Shown in pieces: positions 44,402-55,337 of a DNA stretch of 64,000 bases. Each line of letters begins with the position of its first letter. Position 1 is the first letter of the stretch. The translations under genes and the position numbers were made by a program. The DNA comes from an uncultured Actinomycetes bacterium (GTDB taxonomy: Bacteria; Actinomycetota; Thermoleophilia; Solirubrobacterales; 70-9): contig CAVPEC010000006.1 of assembly GCA_963702805.1 (NCBI GenBank), positions 2,749-66,748 on the forward strand. Direction: 5' to 3'. A model generated the notes under the pieces. That model searched no databases. It was not told the origin of the DNA and saw nothing but the letters and a program-made list of their open reading frames with translations.

Positions 44402-45457
44402 CTATCCGGAGGTGACCAGGCCGCGGCGGTGCGAGTTCCGGCTCATCCGGTGGATGGCCTCGAACTCCTCGAGCGAGCGTCCGGAGCCGACCGCCACGCA
44501 GGTGAGCGGCGACTCGGTCAGCTGCGCCGGCATCTGGCACTCCTCGCGGATGCGGTGGTCCATGCCCTGAAGCAGGGCGCCGCCTCCGGCCAGGGTGATG
44601 CCCCGGTCCATGATGTCGCCGGCGAGCTCCGGCGGGGTGCGGTCGAGGGTGTCCTTGACCGCGGCGACGATCTGGTTGATCGGCTCCTCGAGGGCGGAGC
44701 GCACCTCGGCCGAGGTGAGCATGATCGTCTTCGGCAGGCCGGTGACCATGTCGCGACCCCGGATCTCGGTCGTCACCTCCTCCGGCAGCGGCGCGGCGGA
44801 GCCGATCTCGAGCTTCACCTCCTCGGCGGTCTGCTGGCCGATCAGGAGCTTGTGCTCGTGCTTGCAGTAGTTGACGATCGCCTCGTCCTGCTCGTCACCG
44901 CCGATCCGGATCGACTCCGAGACGACGATCCCTCCGAGGGAGATCACGGCGACCTCGCTGGTGCCGCCGCCCACGTCCAGCACCATGCTCCCGGTCGGCT
45001 CCCCGACCGGTAGCCCCGCGCCGATCGCCGCCGCCATCGGCTCCTCGATCAGGTAGGCCTGGCGGGCGCCGGCGGACAGGCAGGCCTCCTCGACGGCGCG
45101 CTTCTCCACTCCGGTGACCCCGGACGGAACGCACACCACGACGCGGGGATGGGCGAACCGGTTCTGGTGAACGCGCTGGATGAAGTGGCGCAGCATCTCC
45201 TCGGTGACGTCGAAGTCCGCGATCACACCATCCTTGAGCGGGCGGATGGCGCGGATCGTGCCGGGGGTGCGACCCAGCATCCGCTTCGCCTCGACGCCCA
45301 CCGCGTGCACCTCGCCGGTGCGCGCGTCGACCGCCACGACCGAGGGCTCCGAGAGCACGATGCCGCGCCCCCGCACGTAGACGAGCGTGTTGGCGGTGCC
45401 GAGGTCGACGGCCATGTCGCGGCCGCCAAAGCCGGTGAGGTTGCGGAACAAGCCCAT
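44402..45457 (-). CDS. mreB: Actin-like rod-shape protein MreB
   Basis: This is an intact 351-aa ORF containing DMAVDLGTANTLVYVRGRGIV, MVLDVGGGTSEVAVISLGGIV and GITLAGGGALLQGMD. Confidence 0.95.
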   Translation of the reverse strand: MGLFRNLTGFGGRDMAVDLGTANTLVYVRGRGIVLSEPSVVAVDARTGEVHAVGVEAKRMLGRTPGTIRAIRPLKDGVIADFDVTEEMLRHFIQRVHQNRFAHPRVVVCVPSGVTGVEKRAVEEACLSAGARQAYLIEEPMAAAIGAGLPVGEPTGSMVLDVGGGTSEVAVISLGGIVVSESIRIGGDEQDEAIVNYCKHEHKLLIGQQTAEEVKLEIGSAAPLPEEVTTEIRGRDMVTGLPKTIMLTSAEVRSALEEPINQIVAAVKDTLDRTPPELAGDIMDRGITLAGGGALLQGMDHRIREECQMPAQLTESPLTCVAVGSGRSLEEFEAIHRMSRNSHRRGLVTSG

Positions 45458-45692
45458 CAGTCGGGAATGGTCGAGGAAGTCGTCGGTGGGGGCGGAAACT
45501 CGTATGCAGGCGAATGCTGGAGAGCGCGCGGCAAGCGCCTGCCGCGTGCTGCGGGCGGTCCTCGGAGCGCCCGGCCCTGTGCCAACAGCCGGTCGTCGTG
45601 GCGGCCGCGCCGCGCGCCGAGTGTACCGAACCTCTCAGCAGCCTCAATTGCAGGATGAGGGCCCAAATCAGATCTCAACGTGGACCTAAGGG

Positions 45693-46307
45693 TTAGTGTC
45701 TGGACCGGGCTCCGGAGCCGAACCTCCCTGCTGGGTCGAGCAGTTCGGGCGCCAGCGCCAGCAGCAGCGTCACCGGCAATCCGACGACGTTCGAGAAGTC
45801 GCCCTCGACACGCTCGATCAGAATCGAGCCGAGGCCCTGGATCGCGTAGGCGCCGGCGCGGTCACGCCACTCGCCGGAGGCGAGGTAGGTCGCGAGAGTC
45901 GCCTCGTCGAGCTCCCGGAACGTCACCTCCGAGCGAGCTACGCCCGAGCGCTCGGCCGGCTCCTCGCCCGGGCGCGAGGCGCCGTACAGGACGAGGCCGC
46001 TCAGCACCGTGTGCGTCCGGCCCGAGAGCGCCTCGAGGCGCCGCCGGGCCTCGGTCCCGTCGATCGCCTTGCCGAGCAGCCGCCCGGCGAGGACGACCTC
46101 CGTGTCCACCCCGAGCGTCAGCGCCCCCTCCCCCGCCGCCAGGCCGACCGCCGCCTTGCGGCGCGCGTTCTCGACCACCACCTCCTCGGGCGCTCCGTCC
46201 GTCAGCTCCTCGACATCGGGGACCACCACGTCGAACGGAATTCCCAACGACGCAAGGATCTCGCGCCTCCGCGGAGACGCGGACGCAAGCGTCAGCCGGG
46301 TGGGCAA
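45693..46307 (-). CDS. maf: Maf-like nucleoside triphosphate pyrophosphatase
   Basis: This is an intact 204-aa ORF with a TTG start. LTLASASPRRREIL and GAYAIQGLGSILIERVEGDFSNVVGLP are present. Confidence 0.88.
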   Translation of the reverse strand: MPTRLTLASASPRRREILASLGIPFDVVVPDVEELTDGAPEEVVVENARRKAAVGLAAGEGALTLGVDTEVVLAGRLLGKAIDGTEARRRLEALSGRTHTVLSGLVLYGASRPGEEPAERSGVARSEVTFRELDEATLATYLASGEWRDRAGAYAIQGLGSILIERVEGDFSNVVGLPVTLLLALAPELLDPAGRFGSGARSRH

Positions 46308-46337
46308 GACGTCACCTTCGGCGGCGCGAAGCGCTAC

Positions 46338-46755
46338 TCACCGCAGGTCCGGGAACCAGAGCTCGATCTCGCGCTCCGCCGACTCGTCGGAGTCGGAGCC
46401 GTGGACGAGGTTGAAGGTGACCTCGACCGCGATAGTCGCCGCGAATCGAGCCCGGGGCGGCCTCCAGCGGGTTCGTCGCTCCGATCAGCTGCCGGGCGGC
46501 GGCGACCGCCTCGGGCCCCTCGAGCACCGCCGCCACCAGCGCGCCCCCGGTGATGAACTCGACCAGCTCGCCGAAGAACGGCTTCTCGGCGTGCTCGGCG
46601 TAGTGGCGGCCGGCGAAGTCCTCGTCGATCTGCAGCTGCCGCAGGGCGACGATCCGCAGGCCCTTGCGCTCGAACCGCGCCAGGACCTCGCCGGTGAGCC
46701 CCCGCTCGAAGGCGTCGGGCTTGATCAGGACGAGGGTTCTCGATGCCTCAGCCAC
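46338..46755 (-). CDS. ndk: Nucleoside diphosphate kinase (one frameshift near the C-terminus)
   Basis: [28 protein letters not shown] and [20 protein letters not shown] are present. NLVHGSDS, containing the active-site His, and ELWFPDLR-stop are in a shifted frame. Confidence 0.9.
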
Positions 46756-46843
46756 GAGGCGGGAAGGCTATCGGTGTCGGGCGACGCTCGGATTCCTTCG
46801 ACTGAGGAGTTGGGGGGCCATGAGGGGACCCGAGACCCTTCGA

Positions 46844-47758
46844 TCATCGATCACCCAGGGGGTGATTCCGAAGTCTGCCCTGCCGGCACGGACCGACCCG
46901 GGACGCTCGTGTCGTTTTCACGTGCACAGCACGTCTCAAAGTCAAAAGCGACGGTCCAGGTTGGCCGCGGGCGGCTGCCGTCGGTGCCTGGTTTTCAGGA
47001 CCGACCCCGCCGCGCCAGAAACCGGCCGCCAGGGCGACGAGCGCCCTACGAGGCGGTTGCCGGCCTGGGGCGCTCCTCGCCGGGCCCCTCGCGGGCCGGC
47101 GGAGCGCTGGACCGACGAGCGCCCCGACGCCGGCTTGCGCTTGCTCGCGGCCGAAGCCTGGCGGGAGGCGGAAGGACGGGCCTGACGTGGCTGCGCCGGA
47201 GCGGCTCTGGGAGGCGGGCTGACGACGGGCCTCGGGCCGGGCGCGCTTGGGTCGCGCGGCGCCGCTTCTCCTGCCGGCTCCCCCTCGGGCGGCGCGGCGC
47301 GGCGGCGGAGCGGCGCGTCGCTGCGGCGTCTCGCAGTACGGGCAGATCGTCCAGCGTGGGTCGATCGGCTTCTGGCACGACTCGCACGGGTCCTTGACCC
47401 GAGCCCTGCAATTCGGACAGCGCAGGTAGGTGCGCTCGATCGGGTAGCCGCAGCTGGGGCAGGACTGCTCCTCGAGCTGCCTGACTCGCAGCTCGGCGGC
47501 GCGGATCTCGAGCTCGCGCTCGCGGGCGTCCTCGAGGAACTCGGGCGGGCGCAGGATCGAGTAGACGACGGTGCCCACGTAGGGGAACAGCGAGGCGCCG
47601 GTGGCGCATGCCACCAGCACCGGGTCCTGGATGCGGCGCCGAGCGTCCAGGAACGTCCAGGCGATCAGCGCGATCCAGACGACCACGAGGAAGAGCACGA
47701 CGAGATTGACGAACAGGTTCAGGCCCTCGTTCGTGATGCCGAACAGCGCTACGAGCAT
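46844..47758 (-). CDS. Membrane-anchored double zinc-ribbon protein with a PLDc_N-like N-terminus (3' third is low-complexity and uncertain)
   Basis: The transmembrane region reads NLVVLFLVVVWIALIAWTFLDARRR. The zinc ribbons read CPSCGYPIERTYLRCPNCRARVKDPCESCQKPIDPRWTICPYCE. The rest is an Arg/Pro/Ala-rich tail. The last ~40 codons run through an AT-richer palindrome-bearing stretch that looks non-coding. Confidence 0.55.
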   Translation of the reverse strand: MLVALFGITNEGLNLFVNLVVLFLVVVWIALIAWTFLDARRRIQDPVLVACATGASLFPYVGTVVYSILRPPEFLEDARERELEIRAAELRVRQLEEQSCPSCGYPIERTYLRCPNCRARVKDPCESCQKPIDPRWTICPYCETPQRRAAPPPRRAARGGAGRRSGAARPKRARPEARRQPASQSRSGAATSGPSFRLPPGFGREQAQAGVGALVGPALRRPARGPARSAPGRQPPRRALVALAAGFWRGGVGPENQAPTAAARGQPGPSLLTLRRAVHVKTTRASRVGPCRQGRLRNHPLGDR

Positions 47759-47845
47759 GGCAGGAGGCGCATGAGCAGAGTGGCTGAGTGTACTTCGTTA
47801 CCAGGGGGGCAAACCCTGGTTCACGGGGGCTCATCTACACCTCGG

Positions 47846-47965
47846 CTACAGGAACAGCCTTCCGAACAGGTAGCCGAGCCCGAAGAAGACCAGGATGACG
47901 ATCGCCACCACGGCGGCGACCAATCCCATCATGTGGAGCAGCTCTGAGCGCGCCTCGCGGTCCAT
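47846..47965 (-). CDS. Candidate 39-aa single-pass membrane peptide
   Basis: This ORF is not in the supplied track. The ATG at 47965 is preceded by GAGGTGAAATGAG. The translation is MDREARSELLHMMGLVAAVVAIVILVFFGLGYLFGRLFL-stop. A hairpin (ACCAGGG-N7-CCCTGGT, 47800-47820) follows. Confidence 0.35.
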   Translation of the reverse strand: MDREARSELLHMMGLVAAVVAIVILVFFGLGYLFGRLFL

Positions 47966-47994
47966 CTCATTTCACCTCGCGCTCGCCCGAGGCT

Positions 47995-49255
47995 TCACTG
48001 TCCTGCGTCGAGCCTCGCGCCCGCGGCGTACCCAAGAAGGTAATGCGAACCGGTGACGAGCGTCACGCCGCCCCGCTCCCTCGCCGCCGCCACCGCGCGC
48101 CGCAGCGCCGCCTCCGGCCGGCCGACCACCTCCGTCCGCGCCATCCCGGCCGCCTCGGCCAGCTCCGCGAGTCGCGCTGCCTCCAGCGAGCGGGCGCCGG
48201 GACGACCGGCTCGCGCCAAGCGCTCGGCCGGGAGCTCGGTGCAGACGGCGACGTCGAGCCGCGGCGCCAGCGCCGCGAGGACGCCCGCCGCGTCCTTGTC
48301 GGCCAGGATCGCGAGACAGGCGACGACCGGCGCCTCGCCGGCCGCCTCCGGCAGCGCCTCGGCGAGCGCACGGGCGCCGTCCGGGTTGTGGGCGGCGTCG
48401 AGGATCAGCGGCGGGTCGCCCTTCAGCAGCTCGCATGCGCCCCGGCAGCTCGAGCCCCTCGGCCACGGCCTCCACCCGGTCGGGGTCGAGCCGCCCCATG
48501 ACCGCCTCGGCGGCGGCAGCGGCGACCGCGAAGTTTCGCCGCTGGTAGGCGCCCGGGACGGCCAGCCGGAATTTCGGGTCGGCATCCCCGGCGACGATCA
48601 GGCGAGCGCTTCGCTCGGCGGCAGTCCGCTCGGCCAGCTCCCGCACCCCGTCGCCGACCCGCCCCAGCACCAGGGTCGAGTGGTCGCGCAGCACGGCGAG
48701 CTTCTCGGCCGCGATCTCCTCCTCGGTCTCGCCAAGCCACTCGGTGTGCTCGAGGCCGACCGAGGTCAGCGCCGTCGCTCGCGAGGGCAGCACGTTGGTC
48801 GCGTCCAGCCGGCCACCGAGGCCCGCCTCGATCACGCCGAACTCCACCCGGGCGGACGCGAGGGCCACGAAGGCGGTTGCCGTCGCCGCCTCGAACTGGG
48901 TCACCGACTCGCCCTCGTCCAGCGCGCGGTTGACGACCTCGACCGACTGGGCGACCCGCTCCGCCGCCGCGGCAAACTCGCCGGCGTCGATCTCCGCGCC
49001 ACCGATGCGAACGCGCTCCGACCAGCGCTCGGTGTGCGGCGAGAGGTAGACGCCCGTGCGCTTGCCGTGCGCCTCGAGCAGCGCTCCCGTCATCTCCGCC
49101 ACCGACGACTTTCCGTTCGTGCCCACGACGTGGATCGAGGCGAAGCGGTGCTGCGGCATCCCCAGCACCGAGACGAGCCGCCGGATCCGCTCCAGCCCGA
49201 AGCGCCAGCCCAGCGGCTCGAGCGAGGCGAGGTAGCCCTCGGCGTCGAAGGTCAG
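47995..49255 (-). CDS. folC: Folylpolyglutamate synthase / dihydrofolate synthase (frame-disrupted; start codon unresolved)
   Basis: FGLERIRRLVSVLGMPQHRFASIHVVGTNGKSSV, IEAGLGGRLDATNV and LILDAAHNPDGARAL are present. The only candidate start in frame is a CTG that overlaps the valS stop. Confidence 0.85.
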
Positions 49256-51871
49256 TCGCCGAGCTCCTCGAGCTCCGCCCGGTAGGCGGCGAGCTTCTCG
49301 CGCTCCGCCTCGACGACATCGGCGGGGGCGTTGCGGACGAACCCCTGGTTCCCGAGCCTGCCCTCGGCGCGCTCGATCTCGGCGCGCAGCGCCTCGCGCC
49401 TGTCTGCGATCCGGCGGCGGACCTGGTCGGCGTCCACCTCCTCCGAGGAGAGGATCTCGACCCGGCCGAAGGTCGCCAGCGCCTCGCCCTCGGCGCCGTC
49501 GAAGGACAGGCGGGCCAGCCGCGCGACCAGCTCGTGGGGCGGTTCGCCGTCCTCGCCGGCGACGCGCGCAGGCAGCACGCTCCCGGCGGCGACCCCGACC
49601 AGGTCGCGCCAGCGCCGCACGCTCCGCGTCAGCTCGATCGACGCCTCGACCTCCCGCTCGGCGGTCTCGTCGATCGAGCGCGCCATCGACCTCCGGGAAC
49701 GGATGGACGACGAGCATCTCGGAGCCCTGCTCGCCGACCGCGGCGCGCAGGTACGAGTAGATCTCCTCGGTGACGAACGGCATCACCGGGTGGGCAAGGG
49801 CAAGCGTCTGCTCGAGCACCCAGAGCAGCGTCGCCGCCGCCTCGGCCTCACCGTCGTAGAGGCGCGGCTTGACGATCTCCAGGTACCAGTCGCAGAGCTC
49901 CGACCAGAAGAAGCGATAGAGCTCCAGCGCCGCGTGGGCGAAGTCGTAGGAGTCGAGGTCCACCGTGACGGCCTCGATCGCCCGCTGAAGCCGGGAGACG
50001 ATCCAGCGGTCCTCGACCCGCGCGGTGCCGCGGCCCCGTCGCGTCGTCACCCGGGCGGCAGCCTGCTCCTGGCGCGGCGGTGGCGTTCAGCAGGATCAGC
50101 CGCGACGCGTTCCACATCTTGTTCGCCAGGTCCTGGCCCTGCTGGATCCGATCGGCCGAGTAGCGCACGTCCTGCCCCGACGACATCGCCAGCAGGCCGA
50201 AGCGGACGGCGTCGGCGCCGTGGACGTCGATCTCGTCCAGCGGGTCGATGCCGGTGCCGAGGCTCTTCGACATCCGCCGCCCGTCGGGCGCTTGGATCAC
50301 CGGGGTGATGTAGACGTCGTCGAAGGGGACGTCGCCGGCGAACTCCAGGCCCATCATCACCATCCGGGCCACCCAGAGGAAGATGATGTCCCGCGCCGTG
50401 ACCAGCACGTCGGTGGGGTAGAAGGCGCGCAGCTCCGGGGTCTCGTTCGGGCCAGCCGAGCACCGCGAACGGCCACAGCGCCGAGCTGAACCAGGTGTCC
50501 AGCACGTCCTCGTCCTGGCGCAGCTCGCCGCCGCAGGAGCCGCAGCGGTCCGGCGGCGTCTCGGCGACGAAGGTCTCCTCGCAGGCGTCGCAGTACCAGA
50601 CCGGCAGCCGGTGCCCCCACCAGAGCTGGCGCGAGATGCACCAGGGCCGGATGTTCTGCATCCAGTCCAGGTAGACGCGCTTGTGCTGCTCGGGGACGAT
50701 CCGGACCCGGTCGCGCTCGACGACCTCGATCGCGGGCTTCGCCAGCTCGTCCATGTGGCAGAACCACTGCAGCGAGATCAGCGGCTCGATCCGCTGGCCC
50801 GAGCGATGCGAGAAGGGCACCGAGTGCATGTACGGCTCCTCGCCGCGGAGCAGCCCCTCGGCGCGCAGCGCCGCGAGCACCGCCTCCCTGGCCTCCTCGG
50901 TTGTCAGGCCGGCAAACCTCTCACCGGCCTCGGCGGTCATCAGGCCGTCCTCGCCGATCACCGTCACCTCTTCGAGGCCGTGGGCGCGGCCGATCTCGAA
51001 GTCGTTCGGGTCGTGGCCGGGGGTGATCTTCAGCGCCCCGGTGCCGAACTCAGGGTCGACGTGCTCGTCGGCGATCACCGGAAGCCGGCGCCCTACCAGG
51101 GGAAGGACGCAATGCCCGCCGATCAGCGCCTCGTAGCGCTGATCGGTGGGGTTCACGGCGACCGCGGTGTCGGCGAGCATCGTCTCGGGGCGAACCGTCG
51201 CGACGGTGAGGACTTCATCCGACCCCTCGACGGGATAGTCGATGCGAGTACAGCGTGTCCTCGACCTCGCGATTCTCGACCTCGAGGTCGGAGATCGCCG
51301 AGCGCGAGCCGACGTCCCAGTTGACCATGTAGTTGTCGCGGTGGATGTAGCCCTTCTCGTAGAGGCGCACGAAGACCCGGTACACGGCCCGCACGTAGCG
51401 CTCGTCGAGGGTGAAGCGCTCGCGCTCGTAGTCGCACGAGGCGCCAAGCCGCTTGAACTGCTCGATGATCGTCGAGCCGTACTGCTCCCGCCACTTCCAG
51501 ACGCGCTCGACGAACGCCTCGCGACCGATCTCGTGGCGCGAGGTTCCCTCTTCGCGGAGCTCCCTCTCGACCACGGCCTGGGTCGCGATCCCGGCGTGGT
51601 CGGTGCCCAGCGCCCAGAGCGTGTTGCGGCCTCGCATCCGGTTGATCCGCATCAGCGCGTCCTGGATGGTGCCGTTCAGCGCATGCCCCATGTGAAGGAC
51701 CCCGGTCACGTTCGGCGGCGGGATCGCGATCGAGAAGTTCTCCGCCGGCGTTCCCTCGGCCGGCGGATGGAAGTAGCCGCCCTCCAGCCAGCGCTCGAGG
51801 ATCCGCCCCTCGACCTCGGCGGGCTCGTAGCGGGTCGTCTGCTCGAGGCGCTTTCGGCGCTCGGCGTCCAT
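49252..51871 (-). CDS. valS: Valyl-tRNA synthetase (frame-disrupted, at least 4 frame changes)
   Basis: FSIAIPPPNVTGVLHMGHALN is the HIGH region. WCISRQLWWGHRLPVWYC is present. RMSKSLGTG is the KMSKS motif. The C-terminal coiled coil ends EELEELGD. Confidence 0.93.
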
Positions 51872-51926
51872 CGCGCGGCGAGTTTAGTTGCGTCCCTTGC
51901 CCACCTCCCGTCATCCGCATGCTCGT

Positions 51927-51956
51927 GACTTTCGACGTCTATAGGACGTCGAAGTC
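51927..51956. promoter_or_regulatory. Palindrome TTCGACGTC-N5-GACGTCGAA in the valS upstream spacer; function unknown
   Basis: Nine-bp perfect arms lie at 51931-51939 and 51945-51953. With one bulge they extend to GAC/GTC. On the valS sense strand the element overlaps a TTGACT hexamer. Confidence 0.35.
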
Positions 51957-52130
51957 AAGCGTCCCGCGGCCTCCGCGTCGACGCCGCGAACCGGGCTGAC
52001 TCTGACCTCGGTCTGTGCGAAACTGGCTCTCGGGCGGTCGGGTTCCAGCCGACACTATGGGAAGGCCCTTGGAAAGCGGACCGGAGAACGGCCGTCCCCC
52101 TACTTCGCCAGGCGTCTCCCCGGGACTCTC

Positions 52131-53415
<1,285 letters not shown>

Positions 53416-53597
53416 CGTTGCTCTCCCTTCAACGACTACGCCGGACCGTCACCCTGTCAGGTTACGACACGGGCGGCACCGGCTTCGACCCCTGGTTGTT
53501 ACTAGGTGGGGGCGCGTGTCCCTTCACGGCGCGGGCGGGCTTGCAAGTTGGGCGGCATTCGCGGTCGGGACCTGACCGAGCTCGAGGACGGGGTCCA

Positions 53598-53626
53598 TTG
53601 ACAGGCCGAGGGTCCACGCATAGGGT
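53598..53626 (+). promoter_or_regulatory. Candidate sigma-70-type promoter, TTGACA-17-TAGGGT
   Basis: The -35 hexamer is at 53598-53603, followed by an exact 17-nt spacer. The -10 hexamer (TAnnnT) is at 53621-53626. It lies ~50 nt upstream of the 53675 GTG, which has an AAGGAGG RBS. Confidence 0.45.
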
Positions 53627-53674
53627 GCGCCGATGAGGTTCGGGGGAGGCTCGAGCCGGGGCAAAGGAGGACGC

Positions 53675-54121
53675 GTGAAGCGAGCACTCATCGGCGCGGG
53701 CCTGATCGTCGCGCTGGCGTTTCCAGCCACGATCATCGCCAATATTCGCCACTTCGAGGGCACGGTCGACGAAGGCGGCACGATCAGCTTCGTGACCAAG
53801 GTCCGGCACGGCAAGACGATCAAAGTCAGGCAGTTCGTCTTCAAGCACGTCCCGATGCAGTGCGACGACGGCGCCTCGACGGTGGGCGACGTCGGCACTC
53901 CTCCGCCGGCCATGCGGGTCAATTCGAGGCACAGGTTCCACGGCAACTTCACCTCGTCGGGCGGCCGCAAGCAGCTGCACATCGACGGCAGGCTCAAGGA
54001 TCATGGCCACAAGGCCCGGGGCACCCTGCGCGTCAAGGGCGACTTCGGAGGTGGCTCGACCAACTGCGACACGGGCAGGGACCACTGGAGCGCCAAGCGC
54101 GGCGGCGGCTCGAACACCTGA
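53675..54121 (+). CDS. Small secreted protein of unknown function, paralog 1
   Basis: The GTG start is preceded by AAGGAGG. The signal-like N-terminus reads VKRALIGAGLIVALAFPATIIA. Two Cys residues are present (MQCDDG, TNCDTGRDHW). It aligns along its length with the next ORF. Confidence 0.6.
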   Translation: MKRALIGAGLIVALAFPATIIANIRHFEGTVDEGGTISFVTKVRHGKTIKVRQFVFKHVPMQCDDGASTVGDVGTPPPAMRVNSRHRFHGNFTSSGGRKQLHIDGRLKDHGHKARGTLRVKGDFGGGSTNCDTGRDHWSAKRGGGSNT

Positions 54122-54181
54122 GCGCCGCTGATTTCCTGATGCGCTGAAGCGCCCGCAGGCGGGGGCGTTGAAGCAGGGCGC

Positions 54182-54210
54182 TTGACCGGACGGGCGCGCC
54201 CGGCTACCGT
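54182..54210 (+). promoter_or_regulatory. Candidate promoter TTGACC-17-TACCGT, followed by the palindrome CTACCGGTAG
   Basis: The -35 hexamer is at 54182-54187, followed by a 17-nt spacer. The -10 hexamer is at 54205-54210. A perfect 10-nt palindrome lies at 54211-54220. Confidence 0.4.
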
Positions 54211-54248
54211 CTACCGGTAGGGGTGTCAAGCCAGGGAAGGTGAGACGG

Positions 54249-54687
54249 GTGAAGCGAATGGTGATTTGCGCGGGGATGATCGTCGCGCTGGCGATTCCCG
54301 CAGCCACGTCTGCCGGTGTTCCCGACTATCAAGGGCGTGATCGGGACGGCGGCACCGTCAGCTTCGAGACGAAGGTCAGGCAAGGCCGCGTCAAGAGGGT
54401 GGCGGTCGGGTTCGCCTGGAAGAACCTGAACGTGCGCTGCCACGAGGGATGGAGCCAGACCGACGGCAGCTTCACGCGGCGGATGCGGGTGCGCCACCGG
54501 AGGTTCCACGGGGTCGGCAGAACGCACACCGAGGGCGGCGAGGTGATCGCGAGGGTCCGCGGCAGGCTCGCTCGGCGCGGACGGGAAGGCCCACGGCATG
54601 ATCCGCGTGCGCGGCAACTTCAACGCGCTGGCGACCAACTGCGACACCGGCAGGGACCACTGGAAGGCCCATCGCGTCGCCGCCTGA
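54249..54687 (+). CDS. Small secreted protein of unknown function, paralog 2 (one frameshift)
   Basis: VKRMVICAGMIVALAIPAATSAG, GGTVSFETKVRQGR, MRVRHRRFHG and, in a shifted frame, DGKAHGMIRVRGNFNALATNCDTGRDHWKAHRVAA-stop are present. The conserved blocks are shared with paralog 1. Confidence 0.55.
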
Positions 54688-54718
54688 CTCGCGCACCGGT
54701 GGCGCACGGCGGATCGAG

Positions 54719-55303
<585 letters not shown>

Positions 55304-55337
55304 AGCGCGAGCCAGTCTATAAAAGCGGCCCCGCGGG

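Noticed and set aside
45458-45692. The 235-nt mreB upstream region as a structured RNA or small gene
   Set aside because: It has no ORF with an RBS, no recognisable Rfam-like motif and only weak promoter-like hexamers. Nothing specific supports a call without comparative data.
51955-52130. The clpX-valS spacer as an SRP RNA, 6S RNA or T-box leader
   Set aside because: I could not find the SRP domain IV GGAA-tetraloop motif (GGUCCGGAAGGAAGCAGC). I also could not find a T-box sequence (GGGUGGNACCGCG) or a specifier/antiterminator arrangement. Only generic GC-rich stems are visible. The region is kept as an unexplained spacer.
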